Assembly (NCBI GenBank): GCA_963677895.2
Contig: CAXXGJ010000002.1
Location: forward strand, 256,001-320,000
Length of the DNA stretch: 64,000 nt
From: Treponemataceae bacterium
GTDB lineage: Bacteria > Spirochaetota > Spirochaetia > Treponematales > Rectinemataceae
Reading direction: 5' to 3'
Part shown: in pieces, positions 57,127 to 64,000 of the stretch
Layout: every line of letters begins with the position of its first letter
Position numbering within the stretch: position 1 is the first letter of the stretch
Notes under the pieces: generated by a model
The model's input: the letters and a program-made list of their open reading frames with translations, nothing else
What the model was told of the DNA's origin: nothing
Databases searched by the model: none
Program-made: the position numbers and the translations under genes

Positions 57127-58043
57127 CTCGCGCCCTCGCCGCTCGGGTCGTAATAGTCGCGCAGGAAGTCTCCCGCGATGTTGATCGCCAGGATTATCGC
57201 CATCAGGGCGAGGCCGGGAAAGACCACGATCCACCATGCGGCGAAAAAGGTCTGCTGAGCGTCGCTAAGAATGCCGCCGAGGGTGGGCGTGGGCGGCGGA
57301 ACGCCAAGCCCGAGAAAACTGAGCGTCGCCTCGGAGATGATCATCTGCCCCATGGTGAGCGTCGCGTTGACGAGGATGATCCCGCTGGTCTGGGGGAGGA
57401 TATGGCGGAAGAGTATCCGCGTTCCGCCGCAGCCTATGGAGTGCGCCGCCTCGATGAAGCTGTATTCCTTGATCCTGAGTACCTCGCCCCGCACCAGCTT
57501 GGCGAAGGTCACCCAGCCGGTGAGGCCGAGCACGAGGGCCACGTTGGTGAGGCCCGGCCCGATGGCCGCCACCACCGCTATCGCCAGGACGACGAAGGGC
57601 AGGGAGAGGAGGGCATCCACAATCCGCATGATGACGCTGTCCACGATGCCGCCCGCGTATCCCGCGACAAGCCCCAGGCAGACGCCCACCACCGTGGCGA
57701 TGACGACGGCCAGGAAGGAAACCGCGAGCGAGATCCGGATCGCCAGGATGACGCGGGAGGCGAGGTCACGTCCCAGGGCGTCGGTTCCCATGAGGGCTGG
57801 CATGGTCGCCTGGCTTCCGGGGAAACTGTCGACCTTGAGGCTCGGCGGCATGAGGGAGCTCATGAGGTTCTGCTTGAGGGGATCGACGGGGTAGACCGAG
57901 GCGAAGACGGCCGCGATGACGGCCAGGGCCAGCACCACATGGGCGGCGAGCGCGAGAGGGTGCCGCAGGAGGGTCGCGAAGTACCGCCGCCTCAGGGGAG
58001 GGGCTTCCTCCCGAACTTCCGCCCGAACTTCCATTATTTCCAT
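57123..58043 (-). CDS. Peptide/nickel-family ABC transporter permease (OppC-like)
   Basis: MGTDALGRD, FIEAAHSIG, EATLSFLGLG, GDFLRD..DP. Confidence 0.9.
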   Translation of the reverse strand: MEIMEVRAEVREEAPPLRRRYFATLLRHPLALAAHVVLALAVIAAVFASVYPVDPLKQNLMSSLMPPSLKVDSFPGSQATMPALMGTDALGRDLASRVILAIRISLAVSFLAVVIATVVGVCLGLVAGYAGGIVDSVIMRIVDALLSLPFVVLAIAVVAAIGPGLTNVALVLGLTGWVTFAKLVRGEVLRIKEYSFIEAAHSIGCGGTRILFRHILPQTSGIILVNATLTMGQMIISEATLSFLGLGVPPPTPTLGGILSDAQQTFFAAWWIVVFPGLALMAIILAINIAGDFLRDYYDPSGEGAR

Positions 58044-58954
58044 ATTCGTACCCGCGGATCGACGATGCCATAGGCCAGGTCGAGAACCATGCTGAAGGCT
58101 AAAATGAAGAGGGCGATGAAGAAGGTGGCGGCGATGACGACGGGATAATCGCGCCCGTAGGCGGCCTGGGCCAGCAGCTGCCCGACGCCGGGCCAGCCGA
58201 AGACGGATTCCACGACCACCGACCCGCCGATGACGAAGCGCATCTGCAGGGTCAGCTGCGTCAGCACGGGGATGGAGGCGTTCCTGAGGACGTGCTTGAA
58301 CAGCACGAGGCGCTCGTTGAGGCCTTTCGACCTGACCACCGTCACGAAGGGCTGCTGCAGAACTTCCAGCATGCTCGCCCTCGTCACCCTGACGATGCCC
58401 GCCAGGAGGAAGATGGCTATGGAGACGCTGGGGAGGACGAGATGGGCGAGGGTGCCGTAGCCTGATGGCGGCAGGATGGGGATCATCACGCCGAAGACGA
58501 AGATGAGGAGGAGGGCTATCCAGAAGACGGGCATGGATTGTCCCACCATGCTCACCAGCACGGCGGCCGTATCGGCTGCTTTACCGCGCTTCACGGCGGC
58601 CAGCATGCCTAAGGGGATGCCGAAGATCGTGGCGAGAGCCAGGGCGGTAAAGGCCAAAAGGAGGGTTGCCGGTAGCCTTTGCAGCACCATCCGGAGGGCT
58701 GGCTGTTGGGTGTTGATCGAGTCGCCGAACCTCAGGCGCGAGACCTGCGATAGAAAATCCCCGTATCGCAGGACAAGCGGCTTGTCGAAACCGAAGGCTG
58801 TGCGCAGTTCGGCCACTTCCTCTTCGGAGGCCGTGGGCGACGCCATCATCCTGATAGGATCTCCCGAGAGGTTCAGAACGAGGAATACCACCGACACGAT
58901 GACGAGGATCGTTATAACGCTCTCCACGACCCTGCGCAGCACGAATCTAAACAC
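58034..58954 (-). CDS. Peptide/nickel-family ABC transporter permease (OppB-like)
   Basis: SGDP, RSKGL, VESVFGWPGVG, RDYPVV, VDPRVR. Confidence 0.9.
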   Translation of the reverse strand: MFRFVLRRVVESVITILVIVSVVFLVLNLSGDPIRMMASPTASEEEVAELRTAFGFDKPLVLRYGDFLSQVSRLRFGDSINTQQPALRMVLQRLPATLLLAFTALALATIFGIPLGMLAAVKRGKAADTAAVLVSMVGQSMPVFWIALLLIFVFGVMIPILPPSGYGTLAHLVLPSVSIAIFLLAGIVRVTRASMLEVLQQPFVTVVRSKGLNERLVLFKHVLRNASIPVLTQLTLQMRFVIGGSVVVESVFGWPGVGQLLAQAAYGRDYPVVIAATFFIALFILAFSMVLDLAYGIVDPRVRIWK

Positions 58955-60764
58955 GGTCGGCCGCCTCCGGGAAACAGGATATCAGGGTACCTTTTTCGGT
59001 GTCGAAAAGCCCGCGGTCCGTGATGCGGAAGAAGGGCGCGACCTCCATTCCCAGCCAGAAAAGGAAGAAGAGCGGCTGGTTCCAGGTGGCTCCGCCTGAG
59101 CGCAGCCTTCGTTCCAGGTCCTCGATCCGGGCCACGGTTTCCTCGAGGGGCAGGTCGGACATGAGCCCCGCCACGGGAAGCGGAAGCTCGGCGGTCACCC
59201 GGCCTTTCTCCACGAGGACGATGCCTCCCTGCAGCTCGATCACGCGATTGGCCGCCTGGATCAGGTCGGCCTTCCGCCGGCCGAGGGCGATGACGCTGTG
59301 GTGGTCATGGGCCTGGCTGACGGCTATGCCGCCCTCGCGCAGTCCGTAATTTCGCAGGAAGCCCTTTCCGAGAAGCTCCTCATGCCGCCTGTTGGCGCAG
59401 ATGAGATAGGAAAGGTTCTCGTCCGAACCGGGAAGATCGACGTCGCCCCCGCTGACCGGCACCCTCGTCTCGACGAGGCGGGTGAAACGGGTGGCCTCTT
59501 CCAGCTCTATAGCCCTGATGAGGGCCGTGTCGCCGCCATAGCCTTCAGGCAGGAAGCGGAGATCGGCCTCGGTGATCGGGGAACGGAGGATGGTCCGCGT
59601 CAGCCGGTGTGAGTAGGCGTGCCGGGAGGCTTGCGCTTCAGGTCGGGGGCTGGGGCTTCCGTAGCCGTCAATAGGTTTGCCCGAGGCGAAGGTGCCTTCG
59701 AGCCTCAGGGAGTCGGGGGAATCGAAGACGAGGATGTCGGCGTAGGCGCCGGGGCGCAGGGCGCCGATGAGCTCCCCGAGTCGGTAGTGTTCAGCCACGT
59801 TGCTGGAGACCATGCGCAGCGCGTCAGGCACTGAAATTCCGGCCTTGATCGCGAGCCGCACCTTCTTCAGCATGTAGCTTTCAGGCTTCATGTGGGTGAT
59901 CAGGATGTCGTCGGTCACGAGCCCCACCCGGGCGGTGGGCAGGCCTTCGCGCGGCAGGACCTCGACGAGGCTTTCCACCTCGCGGGTTATCGTGCCGTTC
60001 CGGAGCATGACGAAGATACCTTTCCTTATCTTCTCCGCCACCTCGTCCTGCCTGCGCGGCTCGTGATCCGAGCTCAGGCCCACAGCGAGGCAGGCGTCGA
60101 GCTCGGCGCCGCGGATATGGAAGAGGTGACCTTCCGGCGTCCGCCGGTTCTTCACCGCGTGGGTGATAAGGGAAAAAGCGCTGGGCCTGCCCTCCGCGAG
60201 AAACTTCACGATCTCCTGGCCGTTGACTTCCGCGAGGCCGACCGTATCGGGCTCCCGCAGCAGCGTGAGGGCTTCGACCTGGGTGAGGGTGCTCAAGGTG
60301 TGCTGGACCTCGGGGAGGAAGGGAAGCTCCATCGGGGTCATGAAGAGGACTTTCAGGTCGGTGCCGCGCAGGGCCTCGAGCATTTCCCTTAAGCCCGGCT
60401 CCCCAGCTATCGCGCCGACCTCGTGGAAGTCGGTGAAGATCGAGGTGACCCCGCAGCGGAGCGCGGCCTCGGCGAAATGAGGGGGATCGGCGAGGGAGCT
60501 TTCGACATGGATGTGCCCTTCGACAAAGCCGGGCGCGAGGAACTTGCCGCCGACATCGATCACCCTCGTCGCGAAAAGGCAGGGCTCCTCGGTGATCCTG
60601 GCGATGAGCCGGCCCTTGATCCAGATATCGCCCGCGAGCGTTTCCCCCGTGAAGACATTGAGATACCTGCCTCCGCGGAGGATGAGGTCGGGCGGCTCTA
60701 TCCCTAGAGCCGCCCGACCCGTCGCGAAGCGCTCGCCGTCATCGGGGAAAAAACCCTTGTGCAT
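58947..60764 (-). CDS. ade: Adenine deaminase family amidohydrolase
   Basis: PGFVEGHIHVESS, DFHE, EGH, SDHE, VTDD, AHDHH, LPVAGLMS. Alternative start at 60812. Confidence 0.85.
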   Translation of the reverse strand: MHKGFFPDDGERFATGRAALGIEPPDLILRGGRYLNVFTGETLAGDIWIKGRLIARITEEPCLFATRVIDVGGKFLAPGFVEGHIHVESSLADPPHFAEAALRCGVTSIFTDFHEVGAIAGEPGLREMLEALRGTDLKVLFMTPMELPFLPEVQHTLSTLTQVEALTLLREPDTVGLAEVNGQEIVKFLAEGRPSAFSLITHAVKNRRTPEGHLFHIRGAELDACLAVGLSSDHEPRRQDEVAEKIRKGIFVMLRNGTITREVESLVEVLPREGLPTARVGLVTDDILITHMKPESYMLKKVRLAIKAGISVPDALRMVSSNVAEHYRLGELIGALRPGAYADILVFDSPDSLRLEGTFASGKPIDGYGSPSPRPEAQASRHAYSHRLTRTILRSPITEADLRFLPEGYGGDTALIRAIELEEATRFTRLVETRVPVSGGDVDLPGSDENLSYLICANRRHEELLGKGFLRNYGLREGGIAVSQAHDHHSVIALGRRKADLIQAANRVIELQGGIVLVEKGRVTAELPLPVAGLMSDLPLEETVARIEDLERRLRSGGATWNQPLFFLFWLGMEVAPFFRITDRGLFDTEKGTLISCFPEAADRV

Positions 60765-60795
60765 CCCTCTGCCGCCCCCAGCGCTATCAGCGCTC

Positions 60796-62328
60796 TCAGC
60801 GCAGCTTGGCATCGTACATATAGAGGAATTCGTCCGATCGCGGCTTCCAGTCCAGTCGGCTCGAAAGTCCGTAGAGTACGGGCTGCTTGTAGAGGAAGAT
60901 AGCCGGGGCGGCTTCGTTGATCAGGGCTCCCGCCTTGGCGTACAGGCTCTTGCGCAGGGCCTTGTCCGTCGTCTCGTTCGCTCCGGTCAGCAGCTTGTCG
61001 ATGGCGGGATCCTCGATGGTCCTTAAGAGGCTGCCGGACTTAGTGATGAAGTTGAAGACATAGGAGGCGTCGAACACCGGATTGCCCCAGCCGACGAAAT
61101 ACATCGGCGATGTCTTGTGGGAGAAAAGGGCTCCGTTGAACGCCCCGAATTCCAGGGTGTTGATTTCGGCCTTGACCCCGACTTCGCCGAGATAGCCCGC
61201 GATGGCCTGCACCACGGCGCTGTCGTTGATGTAGCGTCCGCTCGTCGCGTCCAGCTTGATGCTGAATCCATTCGGGTAACCGGCGTCGGCGAGGAGCTGG
61301 CGTGCTTTCTTGGGATCGTAGGGATAGGGCTTCACGTCCGGGGTAAATCCGAAGTCGTGGGAGGTGAGCAGGGTAGCGGTTTCCTCGCTGGCGGGGCCGA
61401 TCAGCCTGCTGATGATCGTCTTCTTGTCCACCGCGTAGTTGAGGGCCTGCCTGACGCGCACATCCTTGAGCGGGGAGTCCTGGACGGTGTCCAGTCCGAC
61501 GAGGAGAACGCGGGTTCCGGTAACTGAGGCGAAGCTGGCCTTGGGATTGGCGTCGATCTGGCTCTTCGCAGTGACGGGAGGATCGACGATGAGGTCGGCC
61601 TTGCCGCCCAGGAGGGTGGCAACCCTGCTGGGCGCCGAGCTCACGGTCTGGAACTCGACGTACTGCGCGGGAGCCGGGGTCTTCCAGTAATTGTCATTAC
61701 GCCTGAGCACGATCCTGTTGCCCCTGTCCCAGCGGACGAACTGATAGGGACCGGTGCCGACGGGTTCTTCGTTGAACTTCTGGGCCCCGACTTTTTCCCT
61801 GTAGAGGGGAGGCACGATCTGGAGTTCGGAGAAGTAGTGGTCGGCGAGGGGGAAGGGGCGCTTGCCGATGATGCGCAGCGTAAGCTTGTCGATGACTTTC
61901 ACCTGGTCGATCCAGTTGAGGTCGTTGGCCCTGGTGGACTTGCTCGCGGGGTCGAAGATCTTGTCGACCGTGTATTTGACAGCGTCGGCGGTCAGGGCTT
62001 CGCCGTTGTGGAACACGACGCCCGGCCTGAGCTTGAACAGCCATGAGGTGTCGCTTTCGCGGACATAGCTCTCGGCGAGCGCCGGCACTACCTGTCCGTC
62101 GGGGGTTTTCAGGAGAAGCGAATCGAAGATATTGAGGGTCACGTTGTACGCGGGAACGGTCCGGTTCGTCACGGGATCCAGCCCCGTGGGCTCAGCGGAT
62201 TGTATGACGACGAGGGGATCCTTCTCGCTCCCTGCCTGCGCGAAGAGGCCGGCATTGGATCCGAAGAGCATAGCCACGATAGCCGCCATGATGATAAGAC
62301 GAAGACTTGTACCGCCGCGACGAAGCAT
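60796..62328 (-). CDS. ABC transporter substrate-binding protein, family 5
   Basis: EPTGLDP, FKLRPGVVFHNG, PVGTGPY, RVRQALNYAVD, SD aggagg. Confidence 0.92.
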   Translation of the reverse strand: MLRRGGTSLRLIIMAAIVAMLFGSNAGLFAQAGSEKDPLVVIQSAEPTGLDPVTNRTVPAYNVTLNIFDSLLLKTPDGQVVPALAESYVRESDTSWLFKLRPGVVFHNGEALTADAVKYTVDKIFDPASKSTRANDLNWIDQVKVIDKLTLRIIGKRPFPLADHYFSELQIVPPLYREKVGAQKFNEEPVGTGPYQFVRWDRGNRIVLRRNDNYWKTPAPAQYVEFQTVSSAPSRVATLLGGKADLIVDPPVTAKSQIDANPKASFASVTGTRVLLVGLDTVQDSPLKDVRVRQALNYAVDKKTIISRLIGPASEETATLLTSHDFGFTPDVKPYPYDPKKARQLLADAGYPNGFSIKLDATSGRYINDSAVVQAIAGYLGEVGVKAEINTLEFGAFNGALFSHKTSPMYFVGWGNPVFDASYVFNFITKSGSLLRTIEDPAIDKLLTGANETTDKALRKSLYAKAGALINEAAPAIFLYKQPVLYGLSSRLDWKPRSDEFLYMYDAKLR

Positions 62329-62541
62329 TCGACACCTCCTGCTGCATATAAATGCAGAATATGAATGGTAAACCGGTTTCGGAGAGGATTCTCCGCGATC
62401 CTGGTTTAGAGCAGTCCAGATATTTTTATTGCACTGACAATATCGCCAATGGAAAAGCTCTGTCAATAAGAATATTTATGCAGAAACCGGCCCCGCGAAG
62501 TGTCTCGCCTTCGCGCCTCCTCCGCTGTATACTCTCCACCC

Positions 62542-63771
62542 ATGCGGAACAGCGAAATCTCCGAAAAGCGACTGATGCACGATATCGAAACCATAGCCAG
62601 CTGGAACGAATCCGACCCCGCCGCCGGATACGACCGCCCCACGTTTTCCCCGTCCTGGAAGGCGGCACGCGATTATGTCATCGAGGAAGCCCGGAGGCTG
62701 GGCTGCTCGGTGCGGACGGACCCCATCGGAAACGTCCACGCGCGTCCATCAGGGCTCTCCTGGGACGAGCCCGCCTGGCTCTGCGGCTCGCATATCGATA
62801 CGGTGCCGAGCGGGGGGAAATTCGACGGGGTAGTCGGCGTGGTCGTGGCGCTCGAACTCCTAAGGACCCAGCCCGACGTCGCCATGGAGTTGGTGATCTT
62901 CGCCGAGGAGGAGGGCACCACCTTCGGCATCGCCATGCTGGGCAGCCGGGCCTGGGCGGGAACGATAGATATAGAACAGATTAAAAAACTGAAGAATCGC
63001 GCCGGAATCGATGTCGAGACCGCCGGCAAGGCTTTTGGCGTCGCGTTGGACAAGATCAACGCACAGAGCTTCGGCTTTCCCCTCGACCGCTACAAAGGCA
63101 TGCTCGAAGTGCACGTCGAACAGGGATCGGGCCTGTGGAAAAAGGGCTTGCCCGCCGCCGTGGTCACCACGGTCAACGGGCGGAGACAGTATTCGGGGCA
63201 GATCCAGGGGCTTGCCAACCACGCGGGCTCGACGGCCATGTCGGACCGATTCGACGCCCTCGCTGGAGCCGCCGAGCTCGTCCTCGGCCTCGAGGCTTTG
63301 GGAAGGGAAATAGACCGCGTCCACCCCGGATCGACCCTGACGACAGGAGCCTTGACCGTGTCGCCCAACGCGGTGAACGTCGTCCCGGGGAGGGCTGACT
63401 TCATGCTCGACTTCCGCTCGCCTTCCAATGAAGCCCTCGCCTCTGGCGACACCTCGATCCGCCGCCTCCTCTCTTCCATCGGGGAGAAGCGGGGCCTTCA
63501 GACACGGATCGAATGTTTCGAGAACCTGCCGGCCCTGCCCTTCGACTCCGGTCTCTGCGATCGCCTGCGTAGGGCTGGGGCCGAATTGGGAATTCCTCTG
63601 CCCGACGCCTCGAGCGGTGCCTTGCACGACAGCGCCATCCTCGCTCCCTTCCTGCCCACGGCCATGCTCTTTGTGGCAAGCAAGGACGGAATAAGCCACA
63701 ACCCGGCCGAGTTCAGCCGGCCTGAGGACATCGCGGCCGCGGCGCGCATCGTGGCCGCCGCCATAGCTTGA
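62542..63771 (+). CDS. Zn-dependent M20 amidohydrolase (allantoate amidohydrolase/N-carbamoylase family)
   Basis: GSHIDTVPSGGKFDG, EEEG, EVHVEQG, NHAGST, SGALHD, GISHNPAE. Confidence 0.9.
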   Translation: MRNSEISEKRLMHDIETIASWNESDPAAGYDRPTFSPSWKAARDYVIEEARRLGCSVRTDPIGNVHARPSGLSWDEPAWLCGSHIDTVPSGGKFDGVVGVVVALELLRTQPDVAMELVIFAEEEGTTFGIAMLGSRAWAGTIDIEQIKKLKNRAGIDVETAGKAFGVALDKINAQSFGFPLDRYKGMLEVHVEQGSGLWKKGLPAAVVTTVNGRRQYSGQIQGLANHAGSTAMSDRFDALAGAAELVLGLEALGREIDRVHPGSTLTTGALTVSPNAVNVVPGRADFMLDFRSPSNEALASGDTSIRRLLSSIGEKRGLQTRIECFENLPALPFDSGLCDRLRRAGAELGIPLPDASSGALHDSAILAPFLPTAMLFVASKDGISHNPAEFSRPEDIAAAARIVAAAIA

Positions 63772-63841
63772 AAGTTAACTTCGGAGTCAGAGCTCCCGCG
63801 GCTCGTCGGCCAGTGAAGTCGCGCCGGCGCGACGATAATCC

Positions 63842-64000
63842 CTAGCGCCGCGCCTCGAAGGTCGGCAGTGGCTTGCCTTCGCAGGTGGTCAGGCGCGGCG
63901 GCTGGGTACCATAAAGCAGATATTCGGCGATCGGCCTGTCGACGCTGTCGTCCCCGTAGGGTAAAAGGACGAAATGCTGGAATTCGCGTTTCACGACGAT
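63842..64000 (-). CDS. C-terminal end of a probable alpha/beta hydrolase (TAP-like C-terminus), truncated by the window edge
   Basis: Open frame ...EFQHFVLLPYGDDSVDRPIAEYLLYGTQPPRLTTCEG...* resembles TAP-like C-termini. Confidence 0.4.
   Translation of the reverse strand: MVVKREFQHFVLLPYGDDSVDRPIAEYLLYGTQPPRLTTCEGKPLPTFEARR

Noticed and set aside
62329..62470. Possible purine or xanthine riboswitch upstream of the purine ABC operon
   Set aside because: Only two small hairpins are visible and I could not match a purine-riboswitch consensus. An Rfam scan would settle it.

Overview
A GC-rich bacterial chromosomal segment. The signal-peptide style and the helicase tail suggest a free-living spirochaete, but this taxonomy is inference only. 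About 50 CDS in order: (1) a 5'-truncated DEAD-box-fold protein with degenerate catalytic motifs, glgP, mntH, a universal stress protein, a lipase, an MBL hydrolase, a flavodoxin and a HAD hydrolase; (2) a type I restriction-modification operon (9.8-19.7 kb) with an AT-richer interior that carries an ORF6N/PLD-like gene, an HsdS fused to an extra ~220-aa DarG-C/Panacea-like domain, a dual-specificity phosphatase and a Schlafen/AlbA_2-HATPase protein, which together are the best candidate for an undescribed system; (3) a GlpA-like dehydrogenase trio; (4) a glucarate/galactarate island (IclR, DapA-family lyase, TctCBA, B3-type MBL, two GudD paralogs, GarR, LarA-family protein, GarD); (5) an amino-sugar ABC/AGE/RpiR/kinase operon; (6) cbpA-cbpM and hsp20, the latter with a candidate RNA thermometer; (7) cpdB, a sugar ABC transporter, a GH43 and a GH65-like hydrolase; (8) a purine deaminase cluster built around a peptide/nickel-family ABC transporter. 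I saw no rRNA, tRNA, CRISPR array, transposase or integrase. Family calls come from motif recognition by eye, not from database searches.
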